DNA of 64,000 bases, taken from contig JAQGDQ010000280.1 in the NCBI GenBank assembly GCA_030141605.1, forward strand, positions 233,321-297,320, written 5' to 3'. Below, piece by piece: positions 1 through 13,495 of the stretch (positions are counted from its first letter, which is position 1; each line of letters opens with the position of its first letter). The position numbers and the translations under genes are program-made. This DNA comes from Tubiluchus corallicola. Lineage: Eukaryota; Animalia; Priapulida. The notes beneath the pieces were generated by a model. That model did not search any database. It saw only the letters and a list, made by a program, of their open reading frames with translations, and was not told where the DNA came from.

Positions 1-13
1 TATTATATATAAA

Positions 14-44
<31 letters not shown>

Positions 45-50
45 GTCTCT

Positions 51-106
<56 letters not shown>

Positions 107-157
107 CCCTCCTCTCTCTCTCTCCCCCCCTCTCTCTCTCTCTCGCCCTGTCTCTCT
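14..157. repeat. (CT)n microsatellite
   Basis: Near-pure ctctct run with a few c/g interruptions. Confidence 0.97.
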
Positions 158-626
158 GGTGTTAACTGAAATCGGGTATTCGAACTGTTTGCCTGTACGG
201 CGGCTGCTACAAAAAAGGATGTTATACACCGGGCTTCTCTTTGTTTATGTGTGAAGCTTTTTGCTGAATATTTGCTGAATGTTTTTTTTTGCAATTATAG
301 AAAACATGGCATGGCTGCAATGACATACCAAGGCGTAATTATTAGGGGGCGCATCGTTTCCCGATTTTCGTGAAACCTCAAGTTGCGAATGTAGTCCGTT
401 TCACAAAACTGACTAAATTTAGTCGCCAGTGCATTGTGACGTTAACCCGGACACCGCCCTGGGGCACAAGTTCACCTGTTAAGTTCTGAGAAATATTATT
501 CTTTCTGAATCTTGTTCAGGTAAAAGTGCTTGTCTTTTTTCACCCAGGCGATTGCAGCCATACTTTCATCTTTTTCATAATTCTAGCGCATGTAGGTGTA
601 AAATGAGAAAAGGTCAAGTAAAGTAT

Positions 627-776
627 TGTAAGGTAAGGTAAGGTAAGGTAAGGTAAGGTAAGGTAAGGTAAGGTAAGGTAAGGTAAGGTAAGGTAAGGTA
701 AGGTAAGGTAGGGTAAGGTAAGGTAAGGTAAGGTAAGGTAAGGTAAGGTAAGGTAAGGTAAGGTAAGGTAAGGTAA
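627..776. repeat. (GTAAG)n pentanucleotide microsatellite, ~30 units
   Basis: aggtaaggta repeated with one variant unit; explains the LPYLT ORF 540..794. Confidence 0.97.
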
Positions 777-1439
777 GAATAGATATTTATTCATGAAAAA
801 TTACAAGGTCCTGGTTGGTGGTTGCTGTAATTTAAAATCAAGAAAAATAAACACATTTAATTACACAAACATAAAATTTAAAAACATACACATCAATCGT
901 ACAAACATGTTCTGACATACTTAAATAAAATAAACAAAAACACTAAAAATAAAACTAGGATTAAAATTGCAAAAAGTAGCTTAATATAAGCAACAAGAGC
1001 TTATGCATGTTTAAAGTGGAGAAATAAAAATATGGTAATTAGAAATAACATCATATAATATTCAGCTAGTAAATCAAGCAGAATGGAAATGAAAAATAAA
1101 GCTGTAATTAAAAAAACATTTACATTGAAAATAAAAAACTAAAAATATTAAAAAATTAAACCAAAATAAACTTAGCAGAGTATGTAACATCATTCCAGTA
1201 AAGATGCAGAAGTTATTTCCCTTTCCTTATCTTTAAATTTTCATCCGTTCCTCTTTCCTTGAGTAGTTTCCCAGTTTGCAATTTTGTCGTTCTAATTCAC
1301 ACATACTCAATAGGGATAGTGGCACAAGGGAGCGGGGGGGGGGGCAAACTTATGAATGTCATTGTTCATCAAGTTCAATAACTGCAAACTATCAAATCTT
1401 ATCAATTTCTGTACATGTTGATTCGCTCATGTTGAATAT

Positions 1440-1830
1440 TCTTCTCAAATTTCGTTCAAGAACAAAGTACAGTTACCCTTTGGAACCTTCACACAAAAAT
1501 ATTACGTCCTCGATACAATAATGATGCAATAATAACGAAGAATTTACTAATAGACGTATTACAAATTCTTCTCAGCTAAAGGGTGACCTTTTTATTGGAA
1601 ACTTAATTGACGGTCCCAAATGTATCAGCACTGATTGTGTAGAAAGTTCTTAGCATTGCTTTTTCGAATGCGTAAAATATGATAGAGTTACAACGTCATT
1701 ATTAGACGACCTACTCGACCACCAGATTGGAACACGTGACTCCTTACAAAATCATAATCCTGTAGTATTTATACAGAAACATATTTGAAAAATTCAAAAC
1801 TGATCACCCATCTTGCTTTATTATCCATAG
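1440..1830 (+). mobile_element. Degraded 3' end of LINE ORF2 (C-terminal Cys/His region)
   Basis: Manual translation near 1576-1720 gives LKGDLFIGNLIDGPKCISTDCVESS*HCFFECVKYDRV, resembling the L.xDL...P.C...E...HFF.C..Y C-terminal motif of CR1-group ORF2; contains a stop. Confidence 0.5.
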
Positions 1831-2507
1831 GTTATTACAGCAGTTTATTAAATCAACTTTTCACTTTGCAATACAATAGAATTTACTGTTAAATGAGTCA
1901 ACTTACTTTGTAAATGTATTTTTATTATTACTGATGTTAATAAACTACTGTGTTTATATTGATCATGTATGTAAGTTTAATTACCATCTACTGATTGGAA
2001 TTGAGTCAAATATTTTATCAAATCGAGTGTGATAATTATTAGTTGTGATGTTCATTTTCTTTTATTAGCACTTTGCACTCAGGACTTGCACTGTGGAGAT
2101 ACCGGTATCAGACGCAGCCTGTTTTGTAAACCCACTATATATAAATCTAGTTAAAACTAACTCAGATGCTTCCAGAAATTTTGAAAAAATAAAATATGCT
2201 GTTAAAGTTAACGTATCTTACCTTACAATTCAATTTGACCAGTAACAATCGAGACAACAGAGAACTAGTGATGCTTGGCTGTGACGTCACTGTCGCCAAC
2301 AGCAAAGTCGCCAGCACCACAGGTACTGCACCTTTCATTCTTGGGGTTAGTATAGATATTTAATACACAAACTATATGCTAGTCAATACAGTAAATATAG
2401 TCTGATAAAGTAAAATACGTCTGATTCTGAAATTACTTGCACATCAATTGGTGACTTTGTTTAAAATTTATCAGCTGGAACCTTCTGCTGCTTTTATATA
2501 CCCGTCC

Positions 2508-2591
2508 TCCCGGCGACAGACCAGGACAATTTCAATTTCAAATTTGTCCATTGTCCATTGAAATTGAAATCGTCCTGGTCTGCCGCCGGGA
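2508..2591. repeat. Short inverted repeat (34-bp arms, 16-nt loop)
   Basis: tcccggcgacagaccaggacaatttcaatttcaa (2508-2541) pairs with ttgaaattgaaatcgtcctggtctgccgccggga (2558-2591) with 2 mismatches. Confidence 0.9.
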
Positions 2592-3483
2592 AGTAGCAGC
2601 TCCAAGCACAAGCAAAGGACAAACAGTTTTATGGTGGACAAGTCAATTTAACCACCGGAACAGGAATTTCTCTCCTTAAAGGAAACTTTGATAGCGCCAA
2701 TGTAGACACTAAGTCAGAATGCCAAAGGTATTCTCATCACACATCATTATAGCCTGTCGGTTTCCTAAATTAAGAAGTTAAGGCACCCCACTCCCCTCCC
2801 CACCCTGCTTTGCGCCCCCTTGCACCCTGGACTACGTCAAGGTTCAGTGTAAATCCCCACGCTTTTCTTTTAGCTGTAAATCGAAAGCGGTCACGATTTG
2901 ATGCAAATAGACGAGTCAACATACCTGACAATCAAAAGAAACTGTTCTAGTTAAATAAGTAAGTTTAAATGTGCATTTCCTCTGTTGCATAATGACCACA
3001 GAGTCGTGTGGTTTGAACAACACGTAATTTTCTTAGTTCTGGGAAGCAGAAAAAGGTCACTAAACAAATTTTCTTATTTTTGTCTTTTATTTGGTGCGCC
3101 AAAATTTATTTATATAAAATGTGATTACTTTTGCGATTTCGTCAAATCAAATCAATACATTTCACTCCAGCAATACATATAAAATACGTCAACATTCAAT
3201 ATGAGAAAAAAACAGCATACTAGGTAAAAAATCATGAACGATATTTTTCATAAACTCAGGCCAGGTCATCCATCCAGTAGCATTCTCTTCAAATTGTTGC
3301 AGAACTACATAAAGTCTAGTAAACGTTTTGCTAATTGATTGTAAGTGTAATTGTATATTGAATTGTAACCTGAAATATTTTGAATTAAACACCTGTTTGA
3401 TCAATCATACTTTTGTGTAACTAATAGAATGATGTACATTGATAATTGTTCCTGGTATCGCTTCTGTACTCTGTGAGCTTTGC

Positions 3484-3557
3484 GTATTTCAATATTAAGT
3501 GTAAATAATGAATTACTTGTGTATTTCAATATTAAGTGTAAATAATGAATTACTTGT
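3484..3557. repeat. 37-bp tandem duplication
   Basis: gtatttcaatattaagtgtaaataatgaattacttgt twice in tandem. Confidence 0.92.
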
Positions 3558-4510
3558 GTTTTTGAATTAACTATTTATGTGACTATATTCTTGATAACCA
3601 GTTGTATATATCTGTTCTCAACTAAAATGTAATTTTTGCACAGTGGAAAAACTCCGATCAGTAATAGTACTGTATGTTGATTCACTTAAAATAAATAAAA
3701 ATATATAAAACAAATGATGAAGTCAAATTAACCAAATAACTGAATTGCTGCATGAACCTTGAAAACGTTTCTTGTTAAGGAAACAGTGAATGAAAGAATG
3801 GTTAGGATTGGTAGATATGATGGAATGGAAAAAATAGAAAGGTGGTACTGTGATAAACATGATCATGAATTGCAGCGTTAGTTTCTGACGTTATATGACG
3901 CAGAGCACATCTTCGTGACATCACGCATTTAAGCAATAACACTTACGCAAACGTGCTTGACGCGCAAGAGAAGATGCCCACCATTGCACAACAAAGGCAG
4001 TCAGTAAGAAAAAGCCAGGAATGAATCTAATTACCATAGAACAGGCAAAAGAAAGTTGTGTTGACTGTGTGCAAAGAAAACTGCTGCATGATTTTCAAGT
4101 GAATGGCGGTAACACTATAATACCGAGGAGTAGTGCAGTACATTAAAATGAATTTGTTCCTAAGTGCTTATCAAAAGGAGAAAAATTGCAGTTTCTATAT
4201 TTATAGACAGGGAAATAATAGAGTTTCAACATATAAGTTGCATTAACAAATAATCATACGTAAATAAATATGCATACGATACAATAATATAATAACAATA
4301 AAAAGCAAGTTGTTGCAAGGAGGAAGAAGGAGCAAGTACTTTCTAGTCTTCCTCCTACAGGTGGACACCACAACTGATAACATCATTCTATAACTACCTA
4401 AATTCAATTGTTTCGGGAAACCTGTCAAATTTTATGGAACAACTACTACATCACTCAAGGGAAACAATTGAACAGCTCTTAACACAATTCTGTTGAACTA
4501 ACAATAATTC

Positions 4511-4837
4511 TTACAACAGATGCGTCGAAAAACGTTTACTCTGTAGATTATGAACAACAATCAAACAAAATACATTTGACTGATTTTTTAAAACTAAAAT
4601 CAAGCTAAACATTTGAAATTCATCGGGGATTTTCAAGCAAAGTTTTATAGCATTATATTTAATTGTTTGCCGAAAAATATTAATATAGTGCTGTGGTATA
4701 AAATAATGAGTAGATGCAAGTTTGGTATAGTGATCATGAGTATGGAGAACTGGAGTAAAATATTTAAAAGGAGAACTGGAAGAGAAGGTGATCGTATACT
4801 CTAAATTTTTGAAAGTAAATTCTCTTATCAAAATCAT
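4511..4837 (-). mobile_element. Degraded C-terminal fragment of CR1/L2-group LINE ORF2
   Basis: ORF contains YFTPVLHTHDHYTK...TIKYNAIKLCLKIPDE, paralleling YF..NSEIHNYGTR...SIKCNGPYIWNSI in the LINE C-terminus at 24594..24992. Confidence 0.5.
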
Positions 4838-4969
4838 ATAGTCAATTAATGAGCATCAACTTATCGTTCATCGCTTGACCATTTTCCATTTTTTATTTTA
4901 TTCATCTAGTGAAAACCCAAAGCTACCATAGTAAAAACATAGAGTTTGAATGGGTAGAAACTTATTTAC

Positions 4970-5045
4970 GAAATGTTATTTCACGGGATTTGAACTCACA
5001 ACCGTAATGTCTGTAGGCGAACGCGTTACTCGTTGTGCCATCCAA
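4970..5045 (-). mobile_element. tRNA-derived SINE head / tRNA pseudogene
   Basis: Minus strand reads ggatggcacaacgagtaacgcgttcgcctacagacattacggttgtgagttcaaatcccg: A-box-like TGGCACAACGAG and B-box GAGTTCAAATCC at tRNA-like spacing; no good acceptor stem. Confidence 0.55.
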
Positions 5046-7589
5046 ACAAATGACGTCACTACTTAGCAAAAAGCCTTACCAACGCACGCACGAATAAGAT
5101 CTTCACACCACAGATGTCGCCACACGAATAAAATTTAAAAATACATAGCAACCAATATAAAGAATATAACGCACCACAAACTGTTTGGGAAACCGCAAAA
5201 AAATATACAAATATTCACTCAAAGATGTCGCCACGTGATAAAGTTTGAAATACACGTAGACAACAATGCTAAACAACTCTAACGTACCACAAACTGTTTG
5301 AGGGAAGTAAGTCTATATATAAGTAGGTTTTCGGCTTTGTAATAAGTGGGGATGGCATCTCCGATAGAATAACTGGTCATACGACAGGGCTCTGGGAATG
5401 TGTGACCTCCATCGGATGGAACTGTAGAGTACGCACAATACTAAGTACGATAGCCAATAGGCGGTAGCTATTGTATGATTAGTTATATGGCTGTACAGTA
5501 TACCATAGAAATGCTGCATAGAGGTAGCCCAGAAGCTTGTGGGTATGACCCATCTGAGGGGACGAGTCCTTTTTGCAAAATTAAATTTCGGTTTAAAAGC
5601 TTATACGTCTCCCAATGTATTACGTTTAAAAATTTTAAAATCAAAATTGGAAGTTTTTTGAAGACCCAAAATTCTTTTTGGGAATTTTGACATGCAAACA
5701 AGCATTAGATATGCAAACTGTAGACATCTTTTGAAATTTTATACGCTTTTTAGTTTTAAAAATTACCTTAAATTACGAGTAAAACGGTATTTCTATTTTT
5801 AAGTAAAATCGTGATGTCACAGGCTTTAAAATGGCAGACTGACGAAAGAATATTAAAAAGATTTGCGAGGCTGGTGCTCTCTTTTTTGAAAACAACTGCA
5901 AACTTCCCAATAGCAGTATATCACCATCCAGCTTTTACTCTCTCCCTATGGCAAAGTCAGAAGTCAAAATATGTTATACTTAAAGAAGGGGCACCTGAAG
6001 TAGGTTTCAGAAAAATCACCTTAAAATATTATATTACTTTACAACAATTTTATGCGTTTATCTTACTCGCACTGAAAGGAATATTATTTGTTTTCATTTT
6101 AAATCTCATGCAATACTGTTCCGAAGTCGCCATTACATGACGTCATGTAGTAAACGTAAATCAAGGGAAAAAAAGGAAATGTTAAATTATGTCTCAAGAC
6201 TTTCCGTGCAAATCTATATTACTTAGATTTTCGCTTACCTAGTAGAAAGACTTATGTAACTAGAAAAGAAAATTATTAATTATTTAAAATGTTTTCACTA
6301 ATTGGTAAAATGTCGCTGACTCACCCGCCAGGGTGCGCCACTCACTAACCAAAAACGTATTTTTAATCTTATTGGCATGATACAGTAATTTTAAATTTCA
6401 TTTAGTTAGTGACTTGAGCGCTACGAATGCTCTGATTATTTTTCCAAACTTTACAAAATGTTATCTAAACTTGTTTCAAATGACCTGTCATGAAAATGGC
6501 TGAGTCTAACGGTCGTCGCGGGAGTTTAAATTTACATGTTTTACACAGCGTGACTGCCGATTGAAGTCCTGCACGCAAAAAGGCAGTTTGTAGGTGATAT
6601 AAAATTTCAAAACGAATTTTTTAAACTTTATGTTTATGAAGGGTTTTCTTGTGGAGATAGAGTAGTGTTTATATTAGTCTCGGGTGTAATCGTTACATCA
6701 GTGGAACAAAAAGTGAGTTTTCTAACTTTCTCTGCTCTAGTGTACATAGTCACCTACTCACAATGAAAATTTTACATTAACACGACATCAAACACGTGCT
6801 TAGCTTAAGGCTGTAAACTAATTTCACACTTGGGTTGGCTTTCTACTAATGCACCAGGCACATACAACCGATGACAGTATAACAAACAAGTTGCAAACAA
6901 CAGTTAAATGTAGGGAGGGTACTAATCCTAACCTATATAAAATGACAATGTTAAAAATGCTTGAAAATAAAGATTCCGAGACTTCCCACGCAGCAAAAGA
7001 TGTCAAAAATTCTTTTAATTTTTTCAGAAGTTTTTTCTCAGATAAAAAATTCTTTTAAACGTAACAGGTATTTTGACATCCTTTGCAGTTATGATCATGT
7101 CAAGTTACTGTTACGGTCTTGCAACTTCTTTACGGTTACCAAACGTTAAAACTTTTTGTACTGGAAATCCGGCATTGGCGTGCTTTGCGGCCTTCGCTTG
7201 CTGTTGGCGTTGGCCACCTTGTGGTGATTTTTTGGCCTGGACACGTGATCAGTTTTTGATCGGTGTCAGACGCGTGAAGAAGTGAGGACGTGTCATGGTG
7301 GTGGATTAAATGTTGTCGTTGTCTGTTGCAATTGCTTATGATTTGGGGCTAAAAACATGGAATGATACGTTTTGGTAAATAAAGAAGGAAGAAAGAGCAA
7401 AATGTAATCTAGCTTCAAATTTGGTTTTGAAAGCCCAAACAATTCCATGTTTTAAACGACCTTGACAATCAACAAGCTCGGCAGCCATTTTGTACAGTTG
7501 GCCTACGTGGACAGCATAGTATGCTATAAACTGGTGCGTGAACCTACTTTGCATATAGGGCGGCCTTTTCTTTAACGCTGTAAATTAGC

Positions 7590-8549
7590 TGGTGCAGACG
7601 GCCAACCCGGTGGTATAGAGACAGTCGGTTTTAAAGAGTCGTCAACACGGCAAACTGGCACTGATGACGGGCGTGCTACTTGTTGGAGCTTCAACTTCTG
7701 CAAGTGTTTAAGAACATCTACAAGGTCCATGAGCAAAGGCAGCAAAGACAGTGCAAAAAAGCGGAAGAGTCAAGAGCTGAAAATTCGTGAACAGGAACTC
7801 AAACTTCAAGGCCATGAAGCTGAGACACGAACGCCTGCAGGTAGAGATGGCTTCAGTTGGTGGCGCTTATGACGATGACAGTCACGACGAGGTCGAGTCC
7901 AGGCAGGATGTGGCGCCATCTGCTGGTGAAAGCTGTAAACAGAAGGTAGCTGATTGGTTACAGACATCCGACGTCCCTGCAAACGAGGTTTCAAATAATG
8001 TCCCAGAAGAGCATCTTGGCAAATGCATTAAGAATCTTATGCTCGACTTTCCTCCTGAAGAACGAGCTTTAGGTGTCAAGTGGGATGTAGACAGTGGCAG
8101 GTTTGTCATACAAGTAAAGCAGAGAGAACATGCTGACATGAAACGCGGTCTTTTAAGTTCTCTTGCATCTGTCTATGACCCTCTCGGGTTCGTAAATGCT
8201 TTCGTACTCCAGGCAAAATTGCTGTTTCAGGAGGAGTGCAGACTGCAGAAGCCTTGGGATGCCAAACTTGAACACACTATTGAAGTTAAGTGGATTAAAT
8301 GGATGTCTGACTGTGCACTTCTGGAGAATTTCAAAGTTAGACGTTGCATCGAACCACCAGACTTTGGAACGCCTGTATCTGTACACTTCAGAGGTCGCTT
8401 ATGGAGCTGTATCCTATATACGCTTTGGAATAGGAGTGTGGAGATATTCATGTAGCTTTTCTGATGGCAAAATTGCGTCTTGCACCAATAAAGGGTCTTA
8501 CGTCCCCACGATTTGAGCTCTGTGCTGCCCTACTGGCAGCTAAACTTGA
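7590..8549 (+). mobile_element. BEL/Pao LTR retrotransposon fragment (gag-like start fused to post-RT/RNase H 'Pao peptidase' region)
   Basis: ERALGVKWD, KRGLLSSLASVYDPLGF, KLLFQEECRLQKPWD, EVAYGAVSYIR, then frameshifted SFLMAKLRLAPIK..PRFELCAALLAAKL: characteristic BEL/Pao pol motifs; frameshifts and a large internal deletion. Confidence 0.88.
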
Positions 8550-10395
8550 TGGCGCATGCGTGTGCTGTAGTAAGTTGCTCAGAATTTTTCGTTGAAAAAT
8601 TATTGATTCTTCGAGGTATCAGTTAATTTTTTAAACTGGATATTTTTGTGACACATTATGATGCCTGGAGGAGACGAAAATAAGCATAACAAGACGTCGA
8701 AATTGAATGCAAATAGTTCTGAAGTGAGAGTCAAGTATGAGCAGATACAGAATTCTATTTTTGATTTAAAGACAGAAGTCAATGAGATTACGTCAAGCCA
8801 ACAGTATATCTCAGATCGCTTTGACATTTTTGAGAAATCCATGACAGATGTTTCTGCAAAATGTGAAAACTTTGCTCCGAAAATGCTGCTCTAAAAAGTA
8901 CAGTTTGTTCTCTTCAAGGGGAAATTAGAAAACTTCACGGAAAGCAGGATGACCTTGAACAATATGAAAGGCGAGATTTTCTCATTTTTACTGGTGTACC
9001 TGTTACCAGGGACGAAGATACATCCAATATTGTAGAGCGACTTGCTTATTATATAGGAGTAAATGTGACATGCAAGGATATAAGTATTTCACATCGCCTC
9101 AAAGCAAGGAATGATGGAAAGCCACCATCCATTATTGCAAAATTCATACGCAGAGAAACAAGAGATGAACTGTATGCGAGGCACAAGAATAAAATTACTG
9201 CACACCAGTTAGGATTCTCTGCCACCCACCTAATCTACATTAATGAAAGTCTTACGCCACAACGACGTGATCTGTACAAGAGTTGTTTGGACTTCAAGAA
9301 GGCGCACAACTATACGTTCCTGCGGACTCGAAATGGCAGTATCTATCTACGTAAGGCAGAGTCTACTGAGGTCATCAATATCTGTTCGAAAAATGACTTG
9401 GATAAATTAACGTAAATGCTGGTATGGTTTAATTTAAAGTATTATACCTAGTATTGATGGCTACGAAAATTAAATGGCTACTAGGCAGTATTATTCTACT
9501 TTTTGTGATAAACAAATTAAAAGTAATCAAGCTGCAAATTTCTGTGACATCTGTCTAGAGTGGTACCATCATAACACTTAATGACTTCTACGCTTTAGGT
9601 CAAACAAATGAACCATTTTACTGTGTTACTTGCTTAAAAGCAGTCTTCCCATTCCAATATTCGGAAGACACAGAGATTCAGGAATTTTTTCAGCTTGATT
9701 TTGTACTTAATTCAATTAGTAATTTACCTAATTTAACTGAGTTTTCTACTCTAAGTTCTTTTTCAAACGATGAGCTTGACCCCAATAATATCCTACCAAC
9801 ATATGACAGTCCATACTTTAAGCTTGATACGCTTTGTAGCAATACAGAACTGAAATCAATAAATGCTGATTTCAGTTTTGTGCATTTTAATACTAGCAGC
9901 CTCCATGGGCACTTTACCAATATGTATGATGTTATTAAACATTTCCAACAAAAACCACAGATCATAGCAATCTCTGAAACAAGGATTACTCCGAATACCA
10001 CATTTTTATGTAATATACCTGGTTATACTTTTATACATCATGACTCAAACACACATGCTGGGGGGATTGGCCTATTATAAGCAATCTGTTGAACTTCTCG
10101 GAAAATACAGAATTAAAAATAAATTCCAACACAAATATGCAAGTCGAAAATCTTTGGATTAACATCGAAACCAAATCTAAAACAAAAAACATAATTTTTG
10201 CTGTTATATATAGGCACCCCAACACTGACGTATTGCCCTTTCATATAGAGAGGAGCGTAAACAGGCATACATTAACAGATCAGCCGTGAAATGTTACATA
10301 TGTGGAGATATAAATATTAACTTGCTACAGCACGAAGACATTGCTGACTATATCTCCATGTTATTTTCTAACTATTTTGTACCAGTAATTACAAT
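8550..10395 (+). mobile_element. 5' half of CR1/L2-group LINE: 5'UTR, coiled-coil/RRM-type ORF1 (8658-9415, frameshifted), PHD finger and AP endonuclease of ORF2
   Basis: ORF1: DDLEQYERRD.LIFTGVP, ISISHRL, PPSIIAKF, IYINESLTPQRR. PHD-like CDICLEWYH...FYCVTC...FPF. Endonuclease: HFNTSSL, IAISETRI, IYRHPN, ICGDININLL. Confidence 0.85.
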
Positions 10396-11506
10396 ATTAG
10401 GAATTGCTAGAAAGTTCTTGGCTACAATCAAAAACTACTTGTTGAGTCGATCATTCTGTATCAGTGTAGGTTAATTCTGTTCTCAAAAGTATAACAGTAA
10501 TATTGGCCTCCCACAAGGCTCTGTCCTTTCACCTCTGTTATTCATAATTTTCATCTCAGAAATGCTAAATGATGTAAGAACCAATAAAATGGCAGACGTC
10601 TTTAAATACGCAGACGATGACACATTTCACGCATCTAAAACAAACTCTGATGAGTGTCGTAATACTGCGCAAATTTGTTGTAATAAGTTACATCTATGGT
10701 GTAAAAAATGGCGGCTGAAAGTCAACTGTAATAGGAATAAAACGGAAGTTATGGTCATGGGGTCTACGCAAGATATAGTAAATAATAATTTGCCTAAATT
10801 AAAAATTGGTGATAATGAAATTGAATATGTTCAAAATAGTACAGTACTGGGTATCACTATTGATAGTAATCTGAAATTTGATTGTTATACCAATAGAGTT
10901 AGGAAAAATGCCTGGCACAAATGGACACAAATTAAGCAACTGTGTTTTAAATACAGAGGAATGAGAATGGCAACTATTACACAACTGTTTAAAACATTTG
11001 TACTACCTGTTATACTATACAGTGCCAGTGTTTGGTTAGCTAAAAAACATTCATTATTTGATGACTTGTATTATGATGTCCTCCGAACTGCAATGGGTTC
11101 ATCCTTTAAACCTTGCAGGGTATTGTTAGAAATTTTATGTGGGTTGCCTCCTTTATCAATCGAAATGAAAGCTCATAATGTAAGATTCCTAAGTAAAATA
11201 TTGCAGAATGGTGATGATGATCTAGTTAAGAAAGAACTTTTGTATATATTTAATACTAACTTTTATCTGTCATATAACCACTTTGTAAAATATTATGCTA
11301 GAGATTTAAGCCAATTTTTAGCTACTACTAGAGATGCAGGGCAAATTAACAACGAAGAACTTTCTATAGTTAATTGGTCTGTTACAAAATCTGATCTGGA
11401 TAAATTCAAGCAAACCAATTTGTCCATGAGGTCTGAAACTATTGGACAACTGAGTGGGCAGATGTTTTTGGTGGTAGAGATTTTCACAAAGTTTGGTGAC
11501 AATTAA
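10396..11506 (+). mobile_element. Non-LTR retrotransposon reverse transcriptase C-terminal half (5'-truncated)
   Basis: GLPQGSVLSPLLFIIFI just upstream of ORF 10562..11506, which has YADD, W.L.VN..KTEVM, LGITIDSNLKF and LFKTFVLPVILY. Confidence 0.9.
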
Positions 11507-11999
11507 GACTTTGTCTCATTGCTGTGTTCGTATTGTTGGGAAATGCTATTGGTGCACCGACAAACCGTTGAGAGGCGGATCCATGTTTGAGGTGACGAGG
11601 CACCCCCAGTACGGTAACAATCCAGAGACTGTAAGTTGCACGATTTAGTATTTGCGTATCTGATGTTAGCAGTTGGTGGTGCTTCTGATCATATGGGCTG
11701 GTGGCGTGTAGTTAGGCAAATAGGTATTTGACCCAGTTTTAGTTAGGTTTAGCTGTTGTGCATTATTTCCGAATTTATTTGTTAGTTTATCGACCTGATA
11801 CTGTAATTTAAGAAGATAGTGTAATATTTAGCTCATTCAAACGTAGCTAAATTAGTGTTTGACTAATGGTAGTGTTTTTTACATACATTTTTGTTTGTTT
11901 GCTTAATAATTATTTATACAATATTTATGCAATTAATTGTTTGTGGATTAGTTGGCTACGCATCGTCGTTTGCATTATCACAGTGAGTACAACAGATTA

Positions 12000-13495
12000 C
12001 TCCAAGCAAGAAGAGACACACGTGATTCATACCAAAAACGCTGTAAATTTTGTGGAAAACGACATGTTTTTGGTCGTGATAGTTGCCCTGCATATGGTAA
12101 GCAGTGTTCTAAGTGTAAGCAATGGAATCACTTCCAAGTCAAATGTGATTCTCTTAGAAAATCTGCATCACATAGTAGAAAAAGAAATGTGCACACCCTT
12201 AATCAGCAGTTTTGTGATCTACAGTGTAGTGACTCAGATTCTGATAGTGAAAATTTGGAAAACTACTGGAGTGTGCAAGCGCTTCATTCTTCAAGGGTGA
12301 AACCTGGAAATAAATTTTTTGCTACGATGCTGGTGAGTAAGAAACCTATTCGTTTTCTGATTGATAGTGCTGCAACAAGCAATGTGATACCAGCCAATTT
12401 TCTGCCTTCCAATCAGTTGATTGATCATAGTGAGAGAAAACTGCTTTACACGTATGACGGAGGAACAACCTTGTGTTGTTAAAATGATAAATCCTAAAAA
12501 TGGTGGAAAGTATAAAGTGTAAGGTAAACTTCCTGGAAAACTGCACCTAGAAGTAGATTCTAATGTACCCTCTGTAGTACATCCACCTAGACGTGTACCT
12601 GTTGCTTTGAAGGATGACTTAAAGAGTGAACTAGATAAACTTGAATCTCAAGAAATTCTTTCTAAAGTCAACACTCCTACAGATTTCGTATCTAGCCTCC
12701 TTGTTCTACGAAAATCAAACAACAAGCTGAGAGTCTGTATAGATCCTCAGGATCTAAATAAAGCTTTGAGGTGAAACCACTATCCTTTAAAGACTACTGA
12801 GGATGTCTTGCCAGATTTGAGTAAGGCCAAAGTCTTCAGTATTTTTGATGCCAAGAATGGATTTTGGCAAGTGGAACTAGATGAATCTAGCTCTTACTTA
12901 ACCACTTTCAATACACCTTTCGGACGTTATCGTTGGCGACGTATGCCTTTTGGCATATCGGTTGCTCCTGAAGAGTACCAACTCAGACAAGATGAGGCTC
13001 TAGAAAGTTTAAAGAATGTTATGAGTGTAGCAGACAATGTGCTAGTTATTGGCAACGGAGCGACACTAGAAATTGCAAATAAGGACCATGATGAGAGAAA
13101 GCAGAGAGAAAAATTTAGTCTTAAGCAAAGAGAAAATTAAGCTGCGACAGAGTAAAGTACAGTTTATTGGTCATGTATTAACAAGTGAAGGTCTGATGCC
13201 TGATCCAGACAATGTTAAGGCTATTGTAGAAATGCCTGCCCCACCAGATGTGTCTGGTGTACGGAGACTTCTGGGATTAGTTAATTGTCGATCTAAATTT
13301 CTTCCTAACTTAAGTGACATGTGCAAGCCACTTAGAGAACTTACTGAGAAAAATGTACTGTGGCACTGGGATGAAACCCAGGGGAAAGCTTTCCGAACTA
13401 TAAAATCAGCTATCTCCCAGAAACCTGTACTGCGTTACTATGATCCTAAAGAAGAAGTCACCTTACAATGCGATTCTTCTGAGAAAGGTCTTGGA
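12000..13495 (+). mobile_element. Ty3/Gypsy LTR retrotransposon fragment (gag knuckles, protease, RT, start of RNase H)
   Basis: CKFCGKRH..CPAYGKQCSKCKQWNHFQVKC; FLIDSAATSNVIP; FDAKNGFWQVELD..LTTFNTPFGRYRWRRMPFGI..APEEYQ; ADN in place of DD; TLQCDSSEKGLG. Several stops, frameshifts and deletions. Confidence 0.93.

Noticed and set aside
627-776. (TAAGG)n as a telomeric repeat or an LPYLT-repeat protein
   Set aside because: Differs from TTAGG/TTAGGG and is short and internal; the ORF is a microsatellite artefact.
2240-2730. Exon-like segments with AG/GT borders on +
   Set aside because: No recognisable protein similarity and no consistent frame; unsupported without RNA data.
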